From: Azolla caroliniana
Taxonomy: Eukaryota > Plantae > Polypodiophyta
Assembly (NCBI GenBank): GCA_043228905.1
Contig: JBHGNT010000022.1
Location: 1,488,001 to 1,552,000, forward strand
Direction: 5' to 3'
Length of the DNA stretch: 64,000 nt
Position 1 is the stretch's first letter. The number at the start of each line of letters is the position of its first letter. Below are positions 13,901 through 24,824 of this stretch, piece by piece. Below the pieces are notes generated by a model that worked only from the letters and a program-made list of their open reading frames with translations, was not told where the DNA came from and did not search any database. The position numbers and the translations under genes are program-made.

Positions 13901-15455
13901 TTTCCCCTATTGTTGGTGGGGCACTGGTTGGCGTAGTGTCCTAGTTTATTGCACTGGTGATGGGTGTCGAGGTACCACGGTCTCCGTGCTCGAATTGGGT
14001 TTGTGGTAGATTTTGTGGTTGATCTGTGGAGGGTTGCCTCGAGCCTCTATTGGGGGGTTGCGCCAGTTATTGTCGCGTTGATTATCGCGGCGGCGATTGT
14101 CAAAGTGTCGGTGGTTGCCGAAATTTCGGAAACCATGATTATTTCGGGAAGCCACTATAATTCCGTGGTGCATCATGGTCGTAATCCTTGTAGTAGTGGT
14201 GGTGATCCTAATGACAATGCTAGTGCTCGTTCATGTGGTGTGATTGATTGGGGTAGCAAAGGGGCTCAACACGATATTGGTTTTCCTTATTATAACACGT
14301 CGTGTCAGAGGTGTAATGTGGCCGGTTTTCTTCCCACGGTCGTGTCGCCTCTTTGTTCGATGGGGGTGGTTGCGCATGATTGGGACGAGGCTCAATTTGG
14401 TGAATTGTGGCTGTGTCCATTCAGTTCAGCATGTTATATTTGCACTGCTCTACCGTATGGGCCCGTGAATGGCAGATGGGGAAGTGTGGTCGTGAAGGAC
14501 AGTCAAGGGCGGAGTGCCCAGATTTGGCGCATATCGTGCATTGTAGTGTTTGCCGGAACTGCGTTTCCTCAATAGTTGGTAAGGCAGTTTGAAGTGTGCC
14601 CATTGCGAATGAATTGTTATGATGTGCCCTATCGAGCACAAGAACGCGGGCAACCACTTGCTTTATGGTTTGTTGTGAAAAATCCGTGAGAGCCAACGTC
14701 GTGCGTAAAGGCTCATGGAGGCTGGCCAGGAACGTATCCTTTAAATGGTTTACTGAGACATCCTATGCCAGTTGGCGGTAGAGATCTTGAAATCGGAGAA
14801 CAAATTGGGATACGGTTTCGTTGAGTTCCTGTGTGATTGTGTAAAATTGCCGAAGCAATTCCCGTTTGGGAATCTCTCAGAGGAATAATTCCAGAAACTG
14901 CGTGCAGATGTCCTAGAATGTGGTGAACTCCCCAGAATCGTGCCGAGAATACCATCGTGCAGCAGGGCCATTGAGGGAGAGAGTGAATTCGGCGATTTTG
15001 GAGGCGTCAATCTCCACGGCAGTGAGCCGTTGTGTCAAATGGTTGGCTTGCCATGTGTTGAGAAAGGAGCGGATGTGGGCTTCGGCATCCGAACTATCCG
15101 TGTAGCGTACATAGGGGTGATACGGCATTGTATCAAGATCTGGATCATCCGGAAGGGCCGGGGAAGGGTTACGCTCTGGTGGAGGTGAGACTTCCAGAGG
15201 ACTTGGAGGGGTAGCAATATCAGGACCAATATGTGACTGTGAGACTGGGATTACTGGTGGCGAATATTGGGTTTCCAGATTCACTGATGACGAGGCTCAT
15301 GATTCTGGGGACGAATGTTGTGTGAGCACGACATCGGTCATGTCCTCGGCAGGCTCTATGTGGCGAGACGATGGCCGAGAGCGAGTACTTCTATTGGGCG
15401 CAGTACTAGCGACTGGGATTACCACCACGTGAGTTCGTTGTGCTACACAGCATGA

Positions 15456-15468
15456 ACCGGGCGTGCCA
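15456..15468 (-). promoter_or_regulatory. PBS of the outer Gypsy (tRNA-Arg)
   Basis: The - strand reads TGGCACGCCCGGT, 5 nt inside the 5' LTR and upstream of gag. Confidence 0.8.
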
Positions 15469-15473
15469 AATTG

Positions 15474-16186
15474 TGTTGCCTTCCTCTCTAGAGGCGACAC
15501 CTTCGATTCCTAACCGAAATCGGACCAAGGGATTGTGGTACATGGTGGTCAGATTGCTTTCACGAAACGGAATGACACCCTACAGATTACATAAGAGGAT
15601 ACCTCGGGTTATGCATACACGATAGGGAGAGATAGGTTACTTAACAATTATTGAAAGCGAACAATGACACAAAATAGACCCAACACTATTTAGATTACGG
15701 AAATGAGTAGCGATTACAGTTACACGGCTATCTGCCGGAATGTATCAGATACACTATAGTAGGATTAATTACGTAGTACCCTCAGACTTCTCTCCTATAG
15801 GTCTCCCTCTCTTCCTTCGATCTGTTGCTCCTTATATAGATGTTCCTCGTCACGCTCCTTCTCCTTCTTGACACAAAATAGACCCAACACTATTTAGATT
15901 ACGGAAATGAGTAGCGATTACATTTACACGGCTATCTCCCGGAATCTATCAGATACACTATAGTAGGATTAATTACGTAATACCCTCAGACTTCTCTCCT
16001 ATAGGTCTCCCTCTCTTCCTTCGATCTGTTGCTCCTTATATAGATGTTCCTCGACGCGCTCCTTCTCCTTCCACGTTTTCAGCTGTGTTTATTTTGGCTG
16101 CTTTTGATTACTTTCGGTTGTTTACCTATTGTTACCTAATTCCTATTGCGATTCTCATATTTTACAATTTTGGCCCTCAGACAACA
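15474..16186 (-). repeat. 5' LTR of the outer Gypsy with an internal ~204-bp tandem duplication
   Basis: Matches 1235-1729; segment 15665-15868 is repeated at 15869-16071. Confidence 0.9.
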
Positions 16187-16340
16187 GTAGACTCAAACCC
16201 AAAATCCTTTCTTTAGAAGTCAAGTGCTTGGTTTGGATAACCATCGTTAATTGCGACGTACCTTGCAAGGAATACGAATTCGAAGTTACATTATTGTTTA
16301 GTCTCAGTGTGCATCACGGTGTTTCTTCTTCTTTGTATCA

Positions 16341-16413
16341 CACGCTTGGTGGGACTCGAACCCACAATCCCTTGATTAGAAGTCAAGTGCCTTATCCATT
16401 AGGCCACAAGCGC
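16341..16413 (-). tRNA. tRNA-Arg(UCU), intact cloverleaf
   Basis: GCGCTTG TG GCCT AATGGATA AGGC A CTTGA CTTCTAA TCAAG GGATT GTGGG TTCGAGT CCCAC CAAGCGT G: all four stems pair, anticodon TCT, 73 nt. Confidence 0.93.
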
Positions 16414-16630
16414 TTGGTTTTGATCACTTTTTAATAATGAATTACCTTCGAGAGAATTCTAATTTGAAGTTACACAAAGGATTCGTTGTTGACTTATTAT
16501 TTTGTCTTGCGATGTGGGGTTTACAAGGAAATTGATCACGGGTTCCCCTTATTGGCATATTGTCATGTTGTTGATGAGTCATGATGTCCAGGATGTTAGT
16601 TAGGATCACGGTTTCCTCATCTGCATGTTG

Positions 16631-16703
16631 CATGCATGGTAGAACTCAAACCCAAAATCCCTTATTTAGAAGTCAAGTGCCTTATCCATTACACCACAAG
16701 TGC
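16631..16703 (-). pseudogene. Degenerate tRNA-Arg copy
   Basis: Homologous to 16341-16413, with a broken T-arm (TTTGAG instead of TTCGAG) and a broken D stem. Confidence 0.75.
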
Positions 16704-16801
16704 TTGGTTAATTACAACTTGCCTTGCAAGGAATACAAATTCGAAGTTACGTTATTGTTTAGTCTCAGTGTCCATCCTAGTGTTTCTTCTTCTTCGTATC
16801 G

Positions 16802-16874
16802 CACGCTTGGTGGGACTCGAACCCACAATCCCTTGATTAGAAGTCAAGTGCCTTATCCATTAGGCCACATGCGC
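16802..16874 (-). tRNA. tRNA-Arg(UCU), one acceptor-stem mismatch
   Basis: Identical to 16341-16413 except GCGCATG at the 5' end. Confidence 0.85.
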
Positions 16875-17033
16875 TTGGTTTGGATAGCTTTTTGATAATG
16901 AGCTACCTTGGAGAGAGTTCTAATTTGAAGTTACATTGACTTGTTGTTTTGTCTTGCTACGCGATTTTTAGGTTATGATGTCCATGATGTTAGTTACAAG
17001 GAATTGGATCACAGTTTCCTCATGTGTGTGGTG

Positions 17034-17106
17034 CATGTTTGTTGAGACTTGAACCCACAATCCCTTGTTTAGAAGTCTAGTGCCTTATCTATTATGCCAC
17101 AAGCGC
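17034..17106 (-). pseudogene. Degenerate tRNA-Arg copy
   Basis: Recognisable homology with multiple stem mismatches. Confidence 0.7.
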
Positions 17107-17180
17107 TTAGTTTGTAGAGCTTCTTAATTGCCACTTACCTTGCAAGGAATACAAATTCGAAGTTACGTCTTATCGTATTG

Positions 17181-17253
17181 CACGCCTAGTGGGACTTGCA
17201 CCCACAATCCCTTCATTAAATGTCAAGTGCCTTATCCATTAGGCCACAAGCGC
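17181..17253 (-). pseudogene. Degenerate tRNA-Arg copy
   Basis: Intact 5' half; mutated anticodon loop and T-loop. Confidence 0.75.
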
Positions 17254-17644
17254 TTGGTTTTGATAACTTTTTAATAATGAATTGTGGTCAAGAGAATTCT
17301 AATTTGAAGTTACACAATGGATTCGTTGTTGACTTATTGTTTTGTCTTGCTATGTGGGGTTTTACAAGGAAATTGATCACGGGTTCCTCTTATTGGCATA
17401 TTGTCACGTTGTTGATAAGTCATGATGTCCAGGATGTTAGCTACAAGGAAATAGGATCGCGGTTTCATCATCTACGTGTTGCATGCGTGGTGGGACTCGA
17501 ACACAAAATCCCTTCTTTAGAAGTCAAGTGCTTGGTTTGGATGACCATTGTTAATTACGACTTACCTTGCAAGGAATACAATTTTGAACTTACATTATTG
17601 TTTAGTCTCAGTGTGCATCATGGTGTGTCTTCTTGTTCGTATCG

Positions 17645-17716
17645 CAAGCTTGGTGGGACTTGAACCCACAATCCCTTGATTAGAAGTCATGTGCCTTATC
17701 CATTATGCCCAAGCGC
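17645..17716 (-). pseudogene. Degenerate tRNA-Arg(UCU) copy
   Basis: Anticodon TCT retained; several substitutions and a 1-nt deletion. Confidence 0.7.
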
Positions 17717-17741
17717 TTGGTTTGGAGAGAATTCTAATTTG

Positions 17742-17995
17742 TGTTAATCCTGGGCTGGACTAGCCACTAACACAAAGTGTCCTTTCAGATCTCTTCACCA
17801 AAGGGTGGTTACGGGGTTTATTCTTTTGGCAGAAATTATAATTATATCCGACTATTTCCGGGTCGGTTCCAGCTTAACAACATACATAGATTGATGTCGT
17901 ACGTAAGACAGATCCATATGCACAGAATGGAAGATACACAATATTCTTAAAGACAACTTAATTCATTCATTCCCTCACACTTAATACATCGTTCT
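17742..17995. mobile_element. Probable truncated LTR or other insertion in the tRNA array
   Basis: The array spacer stops abruptly after TTCTAATTTG. Unrelated sequence beginning TGTTAATCC runs ~250 bp before array-type sequence resumes. No TSD found. Confidence 0.4.
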
Positions 17996-18077
17996 TCAAT
18001 AATAGGAATTGGACGTTCTGATCTTGGTGTGTGGTTTTTAGGAGGAATTGGATCACAATTTCCTCTTCTTTGTGTAA

Positions 18078-18150
18078 CACGCATGGTGGGACATGAACGC
18101 ACAATCCCTTGAATAGGAGTCAAGTGCCTTGTCCATTAGGCCACAAGATC
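18078..18150 (-). pseudogene. Degenerate tRNA-Arg copy with CCT anticodon
   Basis: The + strand TAGGAG replaces TAGAAG at the anticodon; the T-arm is damaged. Confidence 0.65.
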
Positions 18151-18290
18151 TTGGTTTGGTTACCTTGATAGGACGTTCTAATATTATTCGGATCTTGATG
18201 ATGGGTTTTTTGGAGGAATTGGATCTCAGTTTCTGCTCCTTTGTGTAATACGGGTGGTGGAACTCAAACCCACAATCCCTTGATTAGGAG

Positions 18291-18335
18291 TGTAAAGAAT
18301 CAAGAGATGGATTTTGTGCAGTGGAATAGATATCA

Positions 18336-18411
<76 letters not shown>

Positions 18412-21400
18412 AGAGAGAGAGTGTGTGAGAGAGAGACACGACGGAGTAAGACACAACGAATACGCAAGGTAAAAGTATATTAACAAAGGAGAAAGACTCA
18501 ACCACTTTACAAGGTTGGAGGAGGGTGCTTTATATAGTCACCCTCTCTCTTCATTAACTACAAGACTCATGGAGCATGGGGAATGTGAAAGCTCATAAGT
18601 TATGTGTCATAGAATATGATTCTATGACTCATACTAAATGCTAGAATACAAGTGGTGACATAATGGTGACTCTTGACTGTTGGAGTGTTTATTCACTCTC
18701 AAGGTGAGTTCACACACTAGACCAAGTTGAGCTTGATTCTCAACACGCCCCCTCAAGCTCAAATCGGGTCGGTTTCAGACAGTATCCAAAATCCGCTTCG
18801 ACTCGCATTTATGCGGAGTTGCGGAATCCATGCTCCAACTTGCGTTGTACGTAGTTGCGAAGTTTGTGCTTCGGCTTGCGTCTTTCTTCACGGCTTCATT
18901 GCGCGGTTGCGAAATCCACGCGTTATTGCATAGTGTCTTCAGTACTCCCCCTCAAGCTTGGCAAGTCAGGGATCGTCAATCCGATATCGGTCATGAATTG
19001 TCATAGCTTGTCAGCTCCTAAGATTTAGTGAAGATGTCGGTCATTTGAAGATTTGTGCTAATGTGTTGTAGGTCGACATGACCAACTAGAACGCGCTCTT
19101 AGATGAAGTGATAGTGCACTTCGATGTGCTTTGTCCGCGCATGGAACACCGGGTTCCGAGCCAGATAGATGTTGCTCATGTTGTCGCAATAAAGGGAAGT
19201 CGGATCCTTGATGGGTACGCCCAGATCCTTTCACATGCGGCCACTGCCGCGCCCCTGTATTCCGCTTCTGTGCTCGAAAGAGCGATGGTTGGTTGCTTTT
19301 TGCTGCTCCCGGATATTGCTCCGCTACCGAGGGAAAAAACAAATCCGGAGGTTGATCTTCTATCGGCTTTGTAGCCAGCCCAATCGGCGTCTGTGTACCC
19401 CTCGAGTCGTATTGGGATCGTGGTCTTGTAGAGGATGCCGCAATCCATTGTGTTGCTCACGTATCGTAGAACTCGCTTAGCGCAATCCAAGTGACTATCA
19501 CGCGGTGTTTGCATGAATTGACTAAGGAAACCGACCGAATAACTGAGATCGGATCGAGTGATCGTGAGGTAGATGAGACTCCCAATGAGTTGTTGATACT
19601 GAGTCAGCTCACACGCTTTGGTGTCGGAGTTCGCATCTAGTTTGAGATTGCAATCGAGTGGGGTTGCCGCGGATTTGCACTCAACCATCCCGAACTTGTA
19701 TAACAAGTTGAAGATGTAGTGTCGTTGAGAGATCATGATTCCGGCCAGAGTCTGAATTACCTCAATGCCGAGGAAGTAGTGGAGCTCCTTCATGTCCGTC
19801 ATCTCGAACTTGTCGGAAAGGAGGGATTTGACCTTATTGATTTCGACGAGATGCTCACCTCCAATGACTAGGTCATCCACATATAAGATGATGACGATAG
19901 AACTTGCGGAATCGCTTCGTATGTAGAGGGAGTTGTCCGATTTTGACATACAGAAGTTGATTTGATGAAGATATTGTGTTATCTTCGAATGCCAAGCACG
20001 CGGTGCTTGCTTGAGTCCGTAGAGTGGCTTCTTGGGTCGGCATACATCTTTCGGATGGGTGCTCGAGTTGAAGCCGGGTGGTTGTATCATGTACACCTCC
20101 TCTTCTAATTATCCTTGTAGAAAGGTGTTCTTGACGTCCATTTGATGGAGGTGTCACCCTTTCGCCACAGCAAGCGCAATTACGGTCCATACTGTCGTCA
20201 TCTTTGCCACCGGGGCAAAGGTTTCCTCGTAGCCTTTCCCTACGAGTCGCACTTTGTAGTGGTTGACGGAACCGTCGGCGTTGTATTTCATTTTGTAAAT
20301 CCATTTGCATCCGATCGCCTTTTTGTGTGGTGAAGTGGTAACGAGATCCCACATCTCATTCTTGTGTAGTGCCTACATCTCCTCATTCATGGCTTCGATC
20401 CATCGCAGATCCTTGGCTACTTCAGAAAATGTTTCCGGCTCGCATACTGTCGCCACCTTCATCATAAAGGCATAGTGATATGCCATGTAGTCGTTGTAGC
20501 CGAATCGGCTGACCGGATTCTTTTCACGGGTGGAGCGACGGAGCTTTTCATTTGCAGAGATGAGGGCTTTCTTAGCTCCGATTGGTACATCGAAGCCGCC
20601 AAACTCCCTGTCGAGTGAGTGAGTTGACTCATCATCGTTGAAGCGATCGTCTTCGTATTCCGACATTTTCACCTTGCCTTTGTCCATCTTCGGGCTAGGC
20701 TGTGATGTGCTTTGATCGCTCAAAGGCTCTTTTGGTCCGCTCAGTCGGGTCGTGATCGGACTTTCTTTGACCATACGCATAAGGCGATCTTCATCCTCTA
20801 TCTCTTGTTCGGCGGATTCCGGGTCGAGCGGAGTCAAAGTCGAAGTTGTTTTTGGTGCGTACCAGGATGCAGACTCGTCAAAAACGACGTCTCGACTTAC
20901 TCAAGATTTTTGAGTTGAGGGGTTGTAGCACTTGTACCCTTTTTGCTCTAGTGAGTATCCTACGAGGATACATTTCTCCGACTTCGGGTCAAGTTTTTGA
21001 TGCTTCTCGTCGGGTATGTGCACGTACGTTATCGCGCCGAATATCCGAGTGTGCGATAAGTCCGGCTTCTTTCCGAAGTATTTTTCATGCGGAGTGACCT
21101 CGTGCACTCCGGATGTTGTGCACCGGTTCATTAGGTAGATAGTCGTATTTGCAGCTTCAACCCAATATGACTTGGGGATATGCTTCTCGTTCATCATGGC
21201 CCGTGGTACTTCGAGGATGTGCCAATTTTTGCGCTCGGCTACTCCGTTTTGTTGCAGAGTGTGACGGCAAGTGAATTCTCGCTGAATTCCTTCCTTTCAG
21301 AGATATGTCGTGAAGTCGTCCGAGAAGTACTCCTTGCCGCCATCCGATCAAAGGCATCATACATGACGACCAATGGCTTTTTCGACTTCGTTTTTAAACC

Positions 21401-23385
21401 TTTGGAAGTGTCTAAACACTTCGCTCTTTTGACGCATCGGATAGAGCCACGTGTGCCTAGAGAAGTTGTCGATGAAGGGCACGTAATATCGGCATCCTCC
21501 AAATGTAGTCGTCTGCGTCGGTCCCGATACGTCGGAATGGACTATGTCGATTAGACCTTTGCTCACATTCCGCTCTTTCGGGAATGGGTGTCGGTGTTGT
21601 TTGCCGAATTGGCACACTTCGCATACACCTTCAATCTCCTTCTCTTTGAATGTCGGGAGTCTGATGACGACTCCTTTCGATTTCATTGCTTTGAGTTTGT
21701 TGAGATCGATGTGGCCGATTCGCTTGTGCCATAGCTCTATGTCGGAGTCGTCTTTCATGCTTTTTGCGAACATGACAGATTTCATCTCGTGTGAATCGAG
21801 AATGAACATCCGGCCCTCTCTTCTTCCGCGCACGATGATTCGGCCCTCTTTTTCGATGAAGCACCCTTCTTGGTTGAATCGTACTTGCATCCCTTGCTCA
21901 ACCATTTGGCCGACTGAGACCAAATTCTTCGTGATGGTGGGAACATGCAAGACATTTTTAATGTATGTTTGCTTACCTCTTTCGCCAAACGAAACATTGC
22001 CGATATGCCGAATCGGGTGCGTAGTGTCATCTCCGGTTTCGACATAACCGGGTCGCTCCGGCTCTCGAAGTTCGAGAAACCATTCTTTATGAGATGTCAT
22101 ATGGTTTGAGGCTCCAGAGTCAACAAGCCATACGTCCTCCGGATTGAGGGCACTAGTTGAGGTAGAGGCCGACATAGAGTTTGCTCTATGTTTCATCATG
22201 AACATTCCTCCACGGTCGGAGTTGTGTGCATACATTCCGCCACGATCTTCGTAGTTGGAGTTGTGCCCGTACATTCCGCTATACTCTTCATAGTCGGAAT
22301 TGTGCACGTAATTTGTGAGTTGTCGGCTTGTGGAAGCCGATTCGCGCATCTTCTTTCGGCACTCTTCTTCGTGGTGGCCGAGCTTTCTACAATATCCGCA
22401 TTCGGTTGCGTTTTGACGGCTCGGGCCGGAGTGGAAGCTCCCCCTTCTTGCGAAGGTTCCTCATTGGCTTCCGTTTTACGGCCGAAATTGGGAGTTGTTG
22501 TCATAGGTCGGACCTCGTCCGCCTTGTCCTTAACCAAATCGGCCTCTCGCTCGTCTGTGTCCTCTTCCTCTGTTCGAGTGCGTGTAGAGCATGTGGCCTT
22601 CCGACTCGTTGCTCCTTGTACGCACGTGGTTTTCTTCGACCAATAGCATTGATTGGAGCTCAAAGAAGGAGGGAGATTTCTCCCTTGCTAGAATGGCGGT
22701 TCGCATAGCGTCGAACCGTGGTGCAAGGCCGCCGAGGCATATTTGCACCATCTCATCATCATCGATATTTACGCTTATCGAGCCGAGCGAGTCACAAAGC
22801 TCCTTGATCTTCAAGGTGTATGTCATGATGGACATGTCCCTTTGTTGAATGTTGTTCAACTCTTGGTGGAGTTGAAGCCTTCTTGCAGTTGTGTTCGCCA
22901 CAAAAATCTTTCGTAGATTTTCCCATGCCTCCTTCGGCGTCTTGGCTTCATGAATGTAGTCGAGCATGTGATCGTGAACACATGTCGCCAAACAATACAT
23001 CACGTAGCTTGCAGCTTGCTCCCATGTCGCGAATCCGGGAGCCGTGTCGACGGGCCGGTCTTCGTGCGCTCCTTTGATGTAGCTCCAATAGCCTTGTCCG
23101 ACAAGGTATTGGTGCATCTTGTACTCCCAAGATGCGAAGTTGTTTCGATCCAACTTCTCGGTAGGGAGAGTGCTCCCCATTTGAGTATTCATTATGTTGA
23201 TTCTTCTTCTTCTTCTTCTCTCTTCGAACGCGAGCTATGCAGAGAAGCTACGATAGTGATTGAGCCGGTTCTTGGTCGTCAGCGTAGGACACAACGCACG
23301 CAAATGGGCTAGATCGAGCTACCAAGTCACTCTAATACCATGTAAAGAATCAAGAGATGGATTTTGTGTAGCGGAATAGATATGA

Positions 23386-23425
<40 letters not shown>

Positions 23426-23744
23426 AGAGTGAGAGAGTGAGGGACAAGGAGTAAGACACAACGAATACGCAAGGCAAAAGTATATTCACAAAGGAGAAAG
23501 ACTCAACCACTTTACAAGGTGGGAGGAGGGTGCTTTATATAGTCACCCTCTCTCTTCATTAACTACAAGACTCATGGAGCATGGGGAATGTGAAAGCTCA
23601 TCAGTTATGTGTCATAGAATATGATTCTATGACTCATACTAAATGCTAGAATACAAAGTGGTGACATAATGGTGACTGTTGGAGTGTCTATTTACTCTCA
23701 AGGTGAGTTCACACACTAGACCAAGTTGAGCTTGATTCTCAACA
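18291..23744 (-). mobile_element. Full-length Ty1/Copia LTR retrotransposon (frameshifted, internal stops)
   Basis: LTRs at 18291-18745 and 23341-23744, perfect TSD AGGAG (18286-18290 and 23745-23749), Met-type PBS TGGTATTAGAG immediately inside 23341, and a PPT next to 18745. Order is gag (22530-23192), protease (WLVDSGAS), GAG-pre-integrase, integrase, RT (LYVDD) and RH, as in Copia. Confidence 0.95.
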
Positions 23745-24045
23745 AGGAGTCAAGTTCCTTCTCCATTAGGCCACAAGCGCTTGGTTTGGTTACCTTGATA
23801 ATCATAGCTACCTTGCAAGGAATTGAACGTTCCAATATGATTCAGATCTTGGTGTATGGGTTTCTAGGAGTAATTGGATCACGGATTCCTCTCCTTTGTG
23901 TTCCGATATTATTTGGATCTTGGCGTATGGGTTTTTAAGAGTAATTGGATCACAAATTCCTCTCTGTTCTGTTCTAATATTATTCGGATCTTGGTGTATG
24001 GGGTTTTAGGAGGAATTGGATCATGGTTTCCATTCCTTCGTGTAA

Positions 24046-24118
24046 CAAGCATGGTGGGACTCGAACCCATAATCCCTTGATTAGAAGTCAAGTGCCTTGT
24101 CCATTAGGCCACAAATGC
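24046..24118 (-). pseudogene. tRNA-Arg(UCU)-like copy with a damaged acceptor stem
   Basis: Anticodon arm, D arm and T loop intact; acceptor-stem mismatches. Confidence 0.7.
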
Positions 24119-24366
24119 TTGGTTTGGTTACCAATTGATAATCATCACTTACAAGAATTGGACGTTCCAATATTATTCGGATCTCGAACCTACAATCCCT
24201 TGATTAGAGGTGAAGTCCCTTGTTCATTAATTAGGCCACAAGTCCTTGGTTTGGTTACCTTGATTATTATTACTTACTTTGCAAGCTTGGACGTTCCGAT
24301 ATTATTCATATCTTGGTGTATGGGTTTTAGGAGGAATTGGATCATGGTTTCCTCTCCTTTGTGTAA

Positions 24367-24439
24367 TAGGCATGGTGGGACTTGAACCCACAATCCCTTG
24401 ATTAGAAGTCCGATGCCTCGTCCATTAGGCCACAACCGC
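24367..24439 (-). pseudogene. tRNA-Arg(UCU)-like degenerate copy (last in array)
   Basis: Homologous to 16341-16413 with several substitutions. Confidence 0.65.
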
Positions 24440-24824
24440 TTGGTTTGGTTAACTAGTTAATCACCACTTACCTTGCCAGGAGTTCGAATATGACGTTATA
24501 ATATTATGCAAGGAATCGGGCGTTAATCTATTATTGAGTCTTAGTGTGGGTTGTTATAAAGGGGATTTGGTTGTCACGTCTTCTTCAGTCTTGGTGTCTA
24601 GGATGTTACGAGGAATTGGACAATGGTTTCCCCTTCTTCGTATTGTCACGTTATTATTCAATCTTGGTGTCGAGGAGGATACGAGGAATTGGATAATGGT
24701 TTCCCCTTCTTCTTCTTCTTCTTCTTCTTCTTCTTCTTCTTGTCATGTATTGTCTTGGTTTCCTCTTCTTCTTCTTCTTCTTCTTCTTCTTGTCATGTAT
24801 TGTCTGGGGCGGGCAAAACCCAAG

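Larger units (their letters stand above)
1235..16186 (-). mobile_element. Ty3/Gypsy non-chromovirus LTR retrotransposon (Athila/Phygy/Selgy-like), degenerate, with extra 3' ORF region
   Basis: Direct LTRs at 1235-1729 and 15474-16186 with TGTTG...CAACA termini. TSD is GTAGG (1230-1234) / GTAGA (16187-16191). On the - strand: gag with zinc knuckles (~15284-13900), protease and RT (13884-12076, VFLDDF), RNase H (11568-11248) and integrase (5963-5673, split by the nested element). No archaeal RNase H and no chromodomain were seen. Confidence 0.92.
991..24500 (-). repeat. Tandem array of tRNA-Arg genes/pseudogenes with conserved spacers, interrupted by LTR retrotransposons
   Basis: The motif CACGCTTGGTGGGACTCGAACCCACAATCCCTTGATTAGAAGTCAAGTGCCTTATCCATTAGGCCACAAGCGC (reverse complement of tRNA-Arg) recurs about 12 times in 16187-18290 and 23745-24440. 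The same spacer (AGAATTCTAATTTGAAGTT...AGGAAATTGATCACGG) is present at 1000-1234. Confidence 0.9.

Noticed and set aside
16129-17663. ORFs with repeated peptide GGTRTHNPLIRSQVPYPLGH
   Set aside because: This is the antisense translation of tRNA-Arg, not a protein.
16187-24440. Regularly spaced repeats resembling a CRISPR array
   Set aside because: The repeats are tRNA-Arg cloverleafs, the spacers are themselves homologous, the context is eukaryotic and there are no cas genes.
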